Counted from the stretch's first letter, positions 1-10,228 are shown. The stretch is DNA of 60,452 nt from Candidatus Woesearchaeota archaeon (GCA_018302105.1 JAGWAD010000038.1:1-60452); one strand, 5' to 3'. The notes: a model not told the origin generated them from the sequence alone. Program-made: numbers and translations.

Positions 1-2
1 TT

Positions 3-191
3 TTAGATTGGTTTATAGAAGTAAGAAAAAAAGCAAAAGAAGTAACACATGGAAATTTAAAAAGAATTTCAGGAAAAGACATTGAAGAATTACAAAATAA
101 AGCTGAAAGCTTTGTATTAAAATTAAATGAATTAACTAAGAGTATAATCAAAAATGAGAAAATAATAAAAACAGAAATTAAACAATTATAA
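3..191 (+). CDS. 3' end of a gene running in from the left edge (helical, possibly HEPN-like C-terminus)
   Basis: Open frame LDWFIEVRKKAKEVTHGNLKRISGKDIEELQNKAESFVLKL...QL* ending TAA 189-191; not in the ORF track. Confidence 0.6.
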   Translation, partial: LDWFIEVRKKAKEVTHGNLKRISGKDIEELQNKAESFVLKLNELTKSIIKNEKIIKTEIKQL

Positions 192-518
192 TTATCTCTT
201 TGGTTTGCTAGACTTTACCATATTTTTAACAATTTTAGCAAGTTTTTTTGGATTTCTAACTAAATTTTCTAATTTATCATTATTTTCATATTCGGGATTA
301 GAATTAATTATTATTGGATTAACAACAACATTCTCATTATCTTTATGATACATAGTCATTATTGTTGGATATTGAAGCTGTCCATTGCCTAGGCTTTCAC
401 CAACAAACATCTGAATGTAACAAGAATCTTGTGGAATTAATTTAACATCAAATCCGTCAGCTTGTTCATAATTCCTTTCTAATATAACTTCACTTTCCTT
501 AAGTTGTTTTCCTTTCAT
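192..518 (-). CDS. hypothetical protein
   Basis: 108-aa ORF, co-oriented downstream of 553..1284. Confidence 0.6.
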   Translation of the reverse strand: MKGKQLKESEVILERNYEQADGFDVKLIPQDSCYIQMFVGESLGNGQLQYPTIMTMYHKDNENVVVNPIIINSNPEYENNDKLENLVRNPKKLAKIVKNMVKSSKPKR

Positions 519-552
519 TTTAAAAAAAATAAAAAATTATTTCTTGCCAGCT

Positions 553-1284
553 TTACATTTCTGTTAAAGCTATAGCCTTACCATATTGAGTATTTTCAAT
601 TCCTTTTTCTATTAAACCATAAAGACTTGCTTCTTTAATTACTTTTGCAGCAGTCATTCTATGAGAATTTGCTATATCTTTTAGTATTTTAGCTTCACTT
701 TCTCTTGCAAGAGGCGCACCATACGCAGCAAGCCTTGATAATGAACTTAAATCAGATTCATCAAATATAGGCCTGCCAATTTTTTGGGAATATCTCATCA
801 TTGCCTCAATAGCTTCAGCAACATTGCCTTTATCAGCATACTTTTCAATAGTTTCAGCAACATCTACAGTTTGCTTTGCAAATAATAATTTCTTGTAAGC
901 TTCTTTTTCTTCAGGTTTTGCATCCTTCTCAGGAGCTTTAGGCATTATACCTTCCTTTAAAAGATTAATATAAAATCCTTCTTTTACATCAGTCATTCCT
1001 TTAATATAATGAGCTTTAGCACTTTTATAAGTACTTTCATCTAGATTTTCTTCTAATCCCTTAAATGATTTAGTTCTTTCATCATTTAATTGGTTAATAA
1101 AATCAGTAGGAACAAAATGTCCCATCATTTGATTCTGATAAGCATTAGTAGCAGCATTTCTTAATCTTACATTATCCAAATTAGGATTTTTTTCTGCTTG
1201 GTCTAGAAAATGGCGTCCGGTATTGCTATTCTGTATTAATTGTTCTAGATTTTCACTTAATTTGAATTCTTGTTTTTCTGCCAT
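553..1284 (-). CDS. hypothetical helical protein
   Basis: 243-aa ORF with GAGG RBS and upstream TATA-like element. Confidence 0.75.
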   Translation of the reverse strand: MAEKQEFKLSENLEQLIQNSNTGRHFLDQAEKNPNLDNVRLRNAATNAYQNQMMGHFVPTDFINQLNDERTKSFKGLEENLDESTYKSAKAHYIKGMTDVKEGFYINLLKEGIMPKAPEKDAKPEEKEAYKKLLFAKQTVDVAETIEKYADKGNVAEAIEAMMRYSQKIGRPIFDESDLSSLSRLAAYGAPLARESEAKILKDIANSHRMTAAKVIKEASLYGLIEKGIENTQYGKAIALTEM

Positions 1285-1382
1285 TTTGTTTTAACCTCTT
1301 GTTTGTTTTTTATCTAAATTTAGTAAGATGTCATTCTTTATAAAGGTTTCGTTTTATTCTTACTAGAAAGTAGTAACAATAG

Positions 1383-1397
1383 AAAAGCTTATAAATA
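1383..1397 (+). promoter_or_regulatory. archaeal BRE/TATA promoter
   Basis: AAAAGCTTATAAATA, the purine-rich + TTWTAWA pattern seen before many genes here. Confidence 0.6.
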
Positions 1398-1409
1398 TTT
1401 GCTTATAAA

Positions 1410-1503
1410 GATTCTCTTTAATCTTCGGTTGATAGATTTTTACGATGTTATTTTCATGGTCTGGCTCTTCGATATATTTTTGTTAAAAAAATATTTTCTA
1501 CAT
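1410..1503 (+). repeat. 94-bp dispersed direct repeat, copy 1
   Basis: Identical base for base to 20643..20736 (gattctctttaatcttcggttg...aaaatattttctacat). Confidence 0.95.
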
Positions 1504-1964
1504 CATTAAGAAATTTAGGACTAACAGGAATACTATACTTATCTCTGACTTGTAGTCCAAAATATCAAGTTAAAGAAACACAAGAAAGCCCTCCTGAAAA
1601 TATTAAGGAATTGAGTTTAAAAGATTTAGAAACAATAAGGGAAGATTACACACAAGGAGATAATTTAGTGGCAGTTAGATGCATAGATTATTTAGCAAAG
1701 TGGGTGCTTACTGTTCCTTTAAATGAAATAATGGAAGGAGAAAAATCCAGATCAATAGCTGCAATCTCGCTTAACTTATCACATTTGGAATACGAAGCAA
1801 TAGGCAGAAGAATAAATGAAAATGCTATAATATCAAAAAGCGGATTAGTAAATAGAAAATCAGATGGAAAAAAATTCATATGCGGAAAATCAACATTAGC
1901 ACTAACAGAATTATCACCACAATTAGAAGAATATGTTTTAACAAACTATGAAAGAAGGAATTAA
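1503..1964 (+). CDS. hypothetical secreted/lipoprotein-like protein lacking an ATG start
   Basis: Track ORF 1611..1964 extends upstream in frame as SLRNLGLTGILYLSLTCSPKYQ (signal-peptide-like) up to the 94-bp repeat. Confidence 0.55.
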   Translation, partial: SLRNLGLTGILYLSLTCSPKYQVKETQESPPENIKELSLKDLETIREDYTQGDNLVAVRCIDYLAKWVLTVPLNEIMEGEKSRSIAAISLNLSHLEYEAIGRRINENAIISKSGLVNRKSDGKKFICGKSTLALTELSPQLEEYVLTNYERRN

Positions 1965-1988
1965 AATTATAAGAGAACTTTGAATATT

Positions 1989-2354
1989 TCATTTTTTAGC
2001 AATATAAAACACCAATAATGAGATTATTCCAATTGCTAAATGCAAATAACTATCAACAAAGCTATTATTTAAATATTCAATTAATATCTCCCTGAATCCT
2101 TTTACAAAACCAAATATACCAAATAAAACAAAAATATATCCAGTAAATGTATTATAACCAGAACCCTTTCCTCTTGATCCTGAATAAACACCCAATAATC
2201 CGAATATTAAATAAATAATATTATGAGGCGTATTTGTAGTTATACCATAAAAATTATTATTATAAAAACCAATTAAGCTTAAGGTTATTAGTACAAAACC
2301 TAAAACTAAAGCATAAATTCTTTGGAATTCCATATAAGTAATAATTTGAGACAT
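1989..2354 (-). CDS. small 4-TM membrane protein (DUF4383-like)
   Basis: Hydrophobic helices, HNIIY and YLHLAIGIISL motifs. Confidence 0.65.
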   Translation of the reverse strand: MSQIITYMEFQRIYALVLGFVLITLSLIGFYNNNFYGITTNTPHNIIYLIFGLLGVYSGSRGKGSGYNTFTGYIFVLFGIFGFVKGFREILIEYLNNSFVDSYLHLAIGIISLLVFYIAKK

Positions 2355-2387
2355 TTAAAGAATATTGAATATATACTATATTTAGAA

Positions 2388-2864
2388 TTATTTCTTAGTA
2401 TTTTCTGGTTTAATTACAACATCATATAATTTCTCAAAAATAGACAGACATTCTTTCTGATCAGCTGAAAGGTGAGTACCTACAGGAGTTCCAAAAATAC
2501 AAGAGAAACGATCATTATTGTTTTTATAAAGACTAATAGAATCATCGCCATTAAATTTCATATCAGAATTTAAAGTTGGTCTATAATCTCCATAAGGTCT
2601 GTCATTAGCATCATTTATTTGCAAAGTAATAGTTTCTCCATCAAATAATACATTCTTTCTGTATACCACAAATTTTTTATTAGGTTGAACATTTCTTTCA
2701 CAATTTCTTTGAAATTCATCACAAGCTATATCTGAATTATTTAATACATAATTCCATAGAGTTCTTAGCTTATCATTTATATTTAGTTCTTTAGAGTCTA
2801 CATCAGATGAAACTACTAAACCAAATGTTAAAATTCCTGTTTGAATTAATTTTGTTAATAACAT
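2388..2864 (-). CDS. hypothetical secreted protein
   Basis: 158-aa ORF with N-terminal hydrophobic segment. Confidence 0.6.
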   Translation of the reverse strand: MLLTKLIQTGILTFGLVVSSDVDSKELNINDKLRTLWNYVLNNSDIACDEFQRNCERNVQPNKKFVVYRKNVLFDGETITLQINDANDRPYGDYRPTLNSDMKFNGDDSISLYKNNNDRFSCIFGTPVGTHLSADQKECLSIFEKLYDVVIKPENTKK

Positions 2865-2935
2865 TTTTTTTCTATAGTTATTGTTGATAATAAAAGTTTA
2901 TAAATCTTTCTAACTGTAACTACTAATTAATAATA

Positions 2936-5329
2936 TTAAAATCCTCTAATTTTGCCAAGTAAAATATTTCTTTCAATAGAAGCTACTAATTTTCTGGTTT
3001 TATTTACAACATCAGGATTTACTGAAATGCTTGTTATTCCTTCTTTAATTAAAAATTCGACTATTTCAGGATATTCGCTAGGAGCCTGACCACAAATTCC
3101 AATTGTCTTACCATGTTTTCTAAAACCTTTAATTATATTACTTATAGCTTTTAATACAGCAGGATTTCTTTCATCAAAATATCCCATTCTCCCAAGTTTA
3201 GCACTATCACGGTCAATCCCTAAAACACCCATAGTTAAGTCATTACTTCCAATTGAAGCCCCGGTAATAGGAAGCTCAGCAAATTCTTCAGCTATGAATG
3301 CAATTGCAGGAACTTCAGCCATTAAATAAATTCCAAAGTCATTTGATTTAACTAAACCTTCACTTTTTAAAATATCAAGACATTTTATAACTTCTAAAGT
3401 AGTTCTTACAAAAGGCAACATTACATAAACATTTTTTAATCCTTGATCTCTACATTTTTTTATAGCTTTTAATTCTAATTTAAATGCCTCAATAAAATCT
3501 GGTGATACATATCTTGAAACTCCACGCCAACCAATTAAAGGATTTTCTTCATGAGGTTCAAATTGTTCTCCACCCTGCAAATTTTTATATTCATTTGTTT
3601 TAAAATCTGAAAATCTTACAATTATTGGCCTGGGAGAAATATCTCTTGCAACTTTTTCTATTCCATTAGATAATTTATCAATATATTCTTGTTGTTGTCC
3701 TGTTTGTATCATATACAAAGGATGTTTTCCTACACTCTCTGTAATAATAAATTCTATTCTCATTAATCCAATACCATCAAAAGGTAGTTTACCATAATCA
3801 TCAATTTTATCAGGTTCTCCTAAATTCATGTAAATTTTGGTACCAGTAACAAGATTATTATCGCTTACATCGTCATTTAAACTAGAACTATTCTGAGCTT
3901 GGGTTTGTACTATACTATTTTGTTGTATATTAATATTATTTTGACCTTTGTAAACAATACCGCTTGTTCCATCCACAGTTATCAAGTCACCATCGTGCAA
4001 TATTTTTGTTGCCTTTTCAGTTCCGACAATACATGGGATTCCCATTTCTCTACTTACAATCGATGCATGGGAAGTCAGACCCCCTTCATCAGTGACAATA
4101 GCAGAAGCTTTTCTCATAACAGAAACAAAATCTGGTGTTGTCATTCTTGTTACTAAAACATCTCCAAGTTCTATTTTATTTAGTTCATCCATATTTAACA
4201 CAATTTTTACTTTACCAATTCCAACGCCAGGACTTGCACCCATTCCTTCCAGTAATTTTTCAGAATTATTTTCTATAGTTTGTACATTCTCATCTTTCTT
4301 ATTATGTTTTAGTGTCGTAACAGGTCTTGTCTGTACTAGGTAAATTTTTCCATTTTCAGTTGCCCATTCAGAATCCATTGGTTTTCCATAATAATCCTCT
4401 AACGCCTTACCGTATTTCGCAAGTCCGATAATCTCTTCTTCACTTAATTTCTGTCTGCTTCCTTCATTTTCACTTAAATTATTTCTGATATTTTTTCCAG
4501 TAAATTTATCTCTAAATAAACCATATTCCTGTCTTGCAACTTTCTTAGACTTTATTCCCATTGTCAGTTTATCAACGATGTAAGTATCAGGTGTTATCTC
4601 CCCGCCAACAACAGTTTCTCCCAAACCAAATGCACCTTCTATCATAATTTCACTTTCATTATTTGTTGCAGGATTAATAGAAAACATTACTCCACTTTTT
4701 TCACTGTTTACCATTTTTTGCACAACAACAGCAATGTATACTTTATCATGCGGATAATTATTTTTAACCCTATAATAAATTGCTCTTGCAGTAAATAAAG
4801 AAGCCCAGCATTTTTGTACAGCCAAAACTAATTCATCTTTTCCTTTTACATTTAAATAAGTTGCTTGCTGGCCCGCAAAAGATGCGCTTGGTAAATCTTC
4901 TGCAGTAGCTGAACTTCTAACAGCAACAAAAGGTAATTCTCTTCCAGTTTTGATAAAACTATTTAAAACATCATGACCAATTACTTTATTTATTGCCTGA
5001 TCAACATTCATATCTTCATAAGCTTCTACTATAGCCTTTTTTATCTCAATAGGCATTTGTGCATCCAGAATTATTTCCTGTATTTGTTCAGAAGCCTGCT
5101 GCAATTTAGCAGTATCTTCAACATCTAAATTCTTTACAACATTTAAAATTTTATTTTGAATTCCAGTAGTCTCAACAAAATATTTGTAAGCTGGCGCTGT
5201 TACAACAAATCCAGGAGGCACTGGCAATTTCAAATTATACATAATTCCTAAGTTTTCTCCTTTACCTCCAACTAAAGGAAGATTATTCTTTGTAATCTCA
5301 GAAAACCATACAATGGGGGAATCTCTCAT
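2936..5329 (-). CDS. ppsA: phosphoenolpyruvate synthase
   Basis: VGGKG, AVRSSATAEDLPSASFAGQQ, GGLTSHASIVSRE (phospho-His), SIGSNDLT, GICGQAPS. Confidence 0.97.
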   Translation of the reverse strand: MRDSPIVWFSEITKNNLPLVGGKGENLGIMYNLKLPVPPGFVVTAPAYKYFVETTGIQNKILNVVKNLDVEDTAKLQQASEQIQEIILDAQMPIEIKKAIVEAYEDMNVDQAINKVIGHDVLNSFIKTGRELPFVAVRSSATAEDLPSASFAGQQATYLNVKGKDELVLAVQKCWASLFTARAIYYRVKNNYPHDKVYIAVVVQKMVNSEKSGVMFSINPATNNESEIMIEGAFGLGETVVGGEITPDTYIVDKLTMGIKSKKVARQEYGLFRDKFTGKNIRNNLSENEGSRQKLSEEEIIGLAKYGKALEDYYGKPMDSEWATENGKIYLVQTRPVTTLKHNKKDENVQTIENNSEKLLEGMGASPGVGIGKVKIVLNMDELNKIELGDVLVTRMTTPDFVSVMRKASAIVTDEGGLTSHASIVSREMGIPCIVGTEKATKILHDGDLITVDGTSGIVYKGQNNINIQQNSIVQTQAQNSSSLNDDVSDNNLVTGTKIYMNLGEPDKIDDYGKLPFDGIGLMRIEFIITESVGKHPLYMIQTGQQQEYIDKLSNGIEKVARDISPRPIIVRFSDFKTNEYKNLQGGEQFEPHEENPLIGWRGVSRYVSPDFIEAFKLELKAIKKCRDQGLKNVYVMLPFVRTTLEVIKCLDILKSEGLVKSNDFGIYLMAEVPAIAFIAEEFAELPITGASIGSNDLTMGVLGIDRDSAKLGRMGYFDERNPAVLKAISNIIKGFRKHGKTIGICGQAPSEYPEIVEFLIKEGITSISVNPDVVNKTRKLVASIERNILLGKIRGF

Positions 5330-5415
5330 TAAATTTTACACCTCTTTATTTAAACTAATAACTAAGATATTATTAAATCTTTCTTAAAATAATAGAATAA
5401 AAAGCAATTAGAGAT

Positions 5416-5952
5416 TTATTTCAAAGATTTAGTATTAGTCTCAATTTCAATAAGACATTTATTTCCAGGTAATCTTGGATTAGCAGTTTGTAAAGCTTCT
5501 TTAGCCTTGTCAATATTTTCTTTATCTACCCAAACTGTAAAAATAGGATTTCCTACCATAACTTGTGCAGCAGTTCCAGAAACTTTACCAAATGAATGTG
5601 CCATACCACTTTGCAACCTATCTGCATGAGCTCCACCAAGCATCTTATTTTCTCTTAATGCATGATGGGGGTAAACATTTAATCTTAAAAAATAATTATT
5701 GCCTAGAACTTCTTGTAAATTCCTATTAATAACCATTCTTGCTGATTCCAGTGCATTATGTCTTATCTGATAAGAACCGTTGGAAACTAACTTGACTTTA
5801 TAACCATATAATTTAGTCTTGTCACCCATTTCAAAACCACTAATTTTATGATGTGGAAAAGCCTTGATATATCCTTTCTTCTTATATTTTGATTTTCTAG
5901 TATAAGGCCTTTCTAATCTTCTATAACATCTTGCTACTCTTAGATTTACCAT
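5416..5952 (-). CDS. rpl10e: 50S ribosomal protein uL16 (L10e)
   Basis: QIRHNALESAR, YPHHALRENKML, DRLQSGMAHSFGK. Confidence 0.96.
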   Translation of the reverse strand: MVNLRVARCYRRLERPYTRKSKYKKKGYIKAFPHHKISGFEMGDKTKLYGYKVKLVSNGSYQIRHNALESARMVINRNLQEVLGNNYFLRLNVYPHHALRENKMLGGAHADRLQSGMAHSFGKVSGTAAQVMVGNPIFTVWVDKENIDKAKEALQTANPRLPGNKCLIEIETNTKSLK

Positions 5953-6041
5953 AAAAATATGAGAAAATATAAGGTATATAAACTTTTCTTAAGGGATTTT
6001 CAATAAGGAAATAATATTAATTAGTTAGATATTAAGGGATT

Positions 6042-6776
6042 ATGGTAAATGTAATTTGGCCTATAATTTGGGGAATAACAGGTTTATTTATTACATATAC
6101 AGGATTTTATCAACTTAAAATTAAAAGATTGATTGAAAATACCCCCACATCAAAAATAAGATCAATTGCAATGGGTTTAGTTGAAATATTTGGAGAAGTA
6201 ATTCCTTTTAATAAAGAAATAATAAAGAGTCCATTTACAAATACAAATTGTGTTTTCTATTCCTACACAATTGAAGAATATCGAAGTTCTGGAAAAAACA
6301 GGAAATGGATATTAATTAAAAAAGATACAAGCAACAATAAATTCTATCTAAAAGATGAAACAGGTCAGGTTCTTATAGACCCAAATAAAGCACATATTGA
6401 TTTAAATAAAACATATCAAACTGAATCTGAAAAAGATACTTCAGAAAATATTAAACAATTTTTAAAAGAAAAAAATATTTCCTTAGAAAATTTTCTTGGA
6501 GTAAATAAAAGATTAAAGTTTACAGAATATATATTAAAACAAAAAGATAAATTATACATTTTAGGAACTGCAGCAGACAATCCCCTAGTAGAAGAGGAAA
6601 GTTCTGTAGAAAACTCAAATGACATAATGATACAAAGAGGTGATTTCAATAGTGTTTATTATATCTCTTCCAAACATGAAACTGAAGTCATAAAGAAATA
6701 CAAGCGTGAAGCAATAATACTTTTATGTATAGGAATAATTTTAACCTTCATTTCATTATTCTTTTTCTCTAGATAA
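6042..6776 (+). CDS. GIDE (E3-ligase-associated) domain membrane protein
   Basis: IENTPTSKIRSIAMGLVEIFG, FYLKDETGQVLIDP; flanking TM helices; adjacent to lemA. Confidence 0.75.
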   Translation: MVNVIWPIIWGITGLFITYTGFYQLKIKRLIENTPTSKIRSIAMGLVEIFGEVIPFNKEIIKSPFTNTNCVFYSYTIEEYRSSGKNRKWILIKKDTSNNKFYLKDETGQVLIDPNKAHIDLNKTYQTESEKDTSENIKQFLKEKNISLENFLGVNKRLKFTEYILKQKDKLYILGTAADNPLVEEESSVENSNDIMIQRGDFNSVYYISSKHETEVIKKYKREAIILLCIGIILTFISLFFFSR

Positions 6777-6806
6777 GCTTAAATATTTACTTAAACTTTT
6801 TCATAC

Positions 6807-7364
6807 ATGGCTTCAGTATTATTAACTATTTTCCTGATATTATTGACTATCTTAATTATTTATATTATTATAATATTTAACAGTTTAATTAGCTTAAAAA
6901 ATAACATTTCAAAATCTTGGTCAAATATTGATGTTTTATTAAAACAAAGATCAGAGGAAATACCAAATTTAGTGGAAACTGTAAAAGGCTATATGAAACA
7001 TGAAAAATCTCTGCTTTTAGAAATAACAAAAGAAAGAACCTCATTAATTAATTCCAGTTCTTTATCAGAAAAAGCAAAAGTAGACAATGCAATTTCTTCT
7101 TCATTAAAAACAATATTTGCAGTATCAGAAAAATATCCAAAGTTAAGAGCAAATGAGAATTTTTTAAAATTGCAGAATAGGATTACAGGATTAGAAAATG
7201 AATTATCAGATAGAAGAGAATTCTATAATGATTCTGTAACAATTTATAATACAAGAATTCAATCATTTCCAGATTTATTCATAGCAAAAGTCTTTAATTT
7301 TAATGCTAAAGAATTATTCAGAGTTTTAGAAGAAGAAAGGAAAGTTGTTAAAACAAACATATAA
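6807..7364 (+). CDS. lemA: LemA family protein
   Basis: WSNIDVLLKQR..IPNLVETVKGY, YPKLRANENF, RREFYNDSV..YN. Confidence 0.95.
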   Translation: MASVLLTIFLILLTILIIYIIIIFNSLISLKNNISKSWSNIDVLLKQRSEEIPNLVETVKGYMKHEKSLLLEITKERTSLINSSSLSEKAKVDNAISSSLKTIFAVSEKYPKLRANENFLKLQNRITGLENELSDRREFYNDSVTIYNTRIQSFPDLFIAKVFNFNAKELFRVLEEERKVVKTNI

Positions 7365-7395
7365 CTTAGATTTCATTAATTCTCACAGCATATTG

Positions 7396-7896
7396 TTATA
7401 TAGTGCTGCTCTGATTCAAAACCTGCTGTAATCCAGAAGCTAATGTTCCTATATTCTTAATGACTAACTCATATAATTTTTGTAAAGTTATATCTAAAAA
7501 TGCTTCTTTTAAAGAACCAGTACAATAATCATAGATATTGCTTATTGAATTAATATTTTTTTCTCTTATCAAATTCATAGGAATGCTGCAATCCATATTT
7601 TTGCCTTCTAAAGCTTGTTTTAACTCTATTTGTTGGGCTTCAGAAACCTTTTTCATAGTAACCCTTACAACACAATTATCATTTTTTTCTCCAAGAATAT
7701 TATAATATAATTGATTACCTTCCCTATTAAGTGTTGCCTTTACTTTATCACATTGGGAAGATTTTGTATTAAAACAACTTTCATCAGTTCCACAATTTTT
7801 CGGAGCACCCAGAATAATTAAGAATATTAAAATTATAATAAGAACCAATGCAAGCACTATAATCTCTTTTCTTCCTAAATTAAGTTTATATTTCAT
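7396..7896 (-). CDS. Cys-containing membrane-anchored hypothetical protein
   Basis: N-terminal TM, CGTDESCF, YCTGSLKE. Confidence 0.7.
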   Translation of the reverse strand: MKYKLNLGRKEIIVLALVLIIILIFLIILGAPKNCGTDESCFNTKSSQCDKVKATLNREGNQLYYNILGEKNDNCVVRVTMKKVSEAQQIELKQALEGKNMDCSIPMNLIREKNINSISNIYDYCTGSLKEAFLDITLQKLYELVIKNIGTLASGLQQVLNQSSTI

Positions 7897-7941
7897 ACCT
7901 GTATTTTTTCAATATTAAGTAACTTAAAAAGATTTCTAAAT

Positions 7942-8334
7942 TTAAGGGAAATATGAATTTCTTTGTATTATTCTTAGATATTCTTTAAATTCTTTTGAAA
8001 CTTTAAAAGGATCTTGCTTGTCAGCAACTATATCTGCAAATCCGCGAATTGTAAAAATATGAGCACCATCTCTTCTCTTCGGCCACAAATCCCAAAAATC
8101 AATTTGATAGTAATCCAACAATAATCTAATCGCAGCTTCTATAGTTGGGTTTACATAATTTTCTCCTCTTTTACAAGAAGCATTAAGCTCTAAACTATTT
8201 ATAACATAATTTCTCAATGCAAAGATTTCAGATAATGTGCATTCTAAACCAAAGACTCGATTCATAAAATAGACAACATCAGATAATTCATTTTTTACTC
8301 GTTCTTCATCTACCATTTCATTATTTAATATCAA
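7942..8334 (-). CDS. hypothetical protein
   Basis: 130-aa ORF. Confidence 0.55.
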   Translation of the reverse strand: MILNNEMVDEERVKNELSDVVYFMNRVFGLECTLSEIFALRNYVINSLELNASCKRGENYVNPTIEAAIRLLLDYYQIDFWDLWPKRRDGAHIFTIRGFADIVADKQDPFKVSKEFKEYLRIIQRNSYFP

Positions 8335-8354
8335 CTCTAAATTTATCCTCTAAT

Positions 8355-8663
8355 TTACTCTATAATTTCTTCTAATTTATTTTGTTTATTTCGTTGTTCA
8401 GCGTCTAAAAATACAGCTGATGTCATTCCTACTGCAGTTCCAAGTGTAATAGAATAGACATTTAAAGGAAAAGCCAATGCAGTTGTAACAGTTGAAATTA
8501 CCCATGCATTGATTTCTTGATAAGGCTCACCATTTAAATTATTAAATATTGCATACCTGGCATAAACAACAGGGGCTACTGCACCCAAAAACATTCCACC
8601 AAATATATTAAACATTTGTCTATTTGATAATCCATTACCAAGTCTACGAATTTCATTTATCAT
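8355..8663 (-). CDS. hypothetical membrane protein (probable start MINEIRR, not the track start inside the IS end)
   Basis: Hydrophobic segments; track N-terminus MPAGKPLGWGGS is read through a GC-rich palindrome. Confidence 0.55.
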   Translation of the reverse strand: MINEIRRLGNGLSNRQMFNIFGGMFLGAVAPVVYARYAIFNNLNGEPYQEINAWVISTVTTALAFPLNVYSITLGTAVGMTSAVFLDAEQRNKQNKLEEIIE

Positions 8664-8671
8664 TAAAAAAA

Positions 8672-8735
8672 GTGAACCTCCCCACCCCAAGGGTTTGCCT
8701 GCTGGCAAATCCGTCTGCTGACGGAGTGGGGCATC
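8672..8735 (-). mobile_element. IS200/IS605-type right-end remnant with two nested mini-hairpins
   Basis: Minus strand GATGCCCCACTCC...CCCTTGGGGTGGGGAGGTTCAC: subterminal hairpin ending TTCAC; GC-rich island in AT-rich DNA. Confidence 0.65.
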
Positions 8736-8753
8736 AAAAGAAATTGACTAACT

Positions 8754-9935
8754 TCAACTGATTACTTTTACGCTTCCATCAAATATAACAGCAAATGCTC
8801 CTGAAATTCCTTTTAATGTTGCTTCCAATTCCATTGTAGGGACTTTTCCAAGAATATTAAAATCCTTGTCTATAATATAAGCCCCTCTTGTTCCAACAAG
8901 GTCATCAAGTAAATTCTTGAAGCTTGCCTTGTTTTTAGGATCAACTTCAGTTTTAGTCTGCGATGGTCTATATTGACGATTGTCTCTATTCCCTTCCTGC
9001 GGCCTATACTCTCTTGTATCTTGTCTGTCTTGTTGTTTATACTCTCTGTCTTCCAAAGGCCTTCTCATATTATTTGCTCTTATTTGTTGTGGTCTTCTGC
9101 TTCCATCAACATCAAACCTAAATTGTTCAGCAGCAACTCTTGCCCTTAAAGCAATATGGATTTCTTTCTTAGTTAATTCTTCAACTTCTTTTCCAGGAGC
9201 AGCTTTGGTAATATAATCGATTTCTGTAGAGTCAAGTAGAGATTTCAAAATCACATCCCCACCTCTGTCTCCATCAACAAAAGCAGTTACAGTTTTTTGC
9301 CTGCATAAGTCTTTTATGCTTTCAGGAATGTTTGTTCCATTTAATCCAACTACATTTTTAAACCCATTTTTTAGCAAGTTTAGTACATCTGCTCTTCCTT
9401 CAACAACAAATATTTCATCAGAAGTATCTACATCAGGACCAGCTGGAAATTTATCTATGCCCCATTCACCTATTTCAGACATTCTAACAGCCTGCATTAC
9501 TTCATTAGTTATTTCTTGACTGTCTGGAAGAACACTTGATTGAAGTTCATTTAACAATTCCTTTGCTCTTGTTATTACAAAGTTTCTTTTACTAACTCTT
9601 AAGTCTTGAATTTTAAGAATTTTAACTTTTGCATTACAAGGTCCAATTCTTTCAATAGTTTCTAAAGAAGCACCAATAATAGCAGTTTCAGCTTTGTCAA
9701 GACTGCAAGGTATGATTATATGACCTGCACTTTTGCCATTAGAAACATCTAAATTAACTTCTATTCTGCCTACTTTTCCAGATCTCTGAAGTTCTCTTAG
9801 TTCTAAGTCTTGGCCTAAAAATCCTTCTGTCTGACCAAATATAGCACCTATGACATCAGGTTTTTCAACCACTCCTTCGATATGAATTTCAGCATCTATT
9901 ACATATTTTGTTGATACAGGACTTACCTTTCCCAT
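8754..9935 (-). CDS. dnaG: archaeal DnaG primase-like/exosome subunit, apparently C-terminally truncated
   Basis: GVVEKPDVIGAIFGQTEG, TOPRIM VVEGRADV and FVDGDRGG, KEVEELTKKEI; ends abruptly at FDGSVKVIS. Confidence 0.95.
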   Translation of the reverse strand: MGKVSPVSTKYVIDAEIHIEGVVEKPDVIGAIFGQTEGFLGQDLELRELQRSGKVGRIEVNLDVSNGKSAGHIIIPCSLDKAETAIIGASLETIERIGPCNAKVKILKIQDLRVSKRNFVITRAKELLNELQSSVLPDSQEITNEVMQAVRMSEIGEWGIDKFPAGPDVDTSDEIFVVEGRADVLNLLKNGFKNVVGLNGTNIPESIKDLCRQKTVTAFVDGDRGGDVILKSLLDSTEIDYITKAAPGKEVEELTKKEIHIALRARVAAEQFRFDVDGSRRPQQIRANNMRRPLEDREYKQQDRQDTREYRPQEGNRDNRQYRPSQTKTEVDPKNKASFKNLLDDLVGTRGAYIIDKDFNILGKVPTMELEATLKGISGAFAVIFDGSVKVIS

Positions 9936-10113
9936 TTTTCTTCACCATTAATTCCCTAAGAACAAAGCTTTACACTTTAAAACAGATTTCACATAAACTA
10001 ACTAAATTAGCCTAAATAATACCTGCCAATATATTTATTCCCCCTTTATGGAAAATACCATAATAAATGAAAGTGATCAATAACTTTGTCCTTATTTTTT
10101 GATTTTGATTGTT

Positions 10114-10190
10114 GCCTGACACTAACTCTCAAGTATCCTCGCCTTGATAGTTGTATCGTAAGCTCTGTTGAGTATTTCTCTATGCCAGGC
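10114..10190 (-). ncRNA. candidate structured RNA / 5' leader of dnaG
   Basis: Nested stems GCCTGGCAT/GTGTCAGGC, CTCAA/TTGAG, GCTT/AGGC, GATA/TATC starting about 24 nt after a BRE-TATA. Confidence 0.5.
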
Positions 10191-10214
10191 TCTTAAAATA
10201 GTTAGATGTAATAA

Positions 10215-10228
10215 TTTATATAGTTTTC
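10215..10228 (-). promoter_or_regulatory. BRE/TATA promoter for dnaG leader
   Basis: GAAAACTATATAAA on minus strand. Confidence 0.6.
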
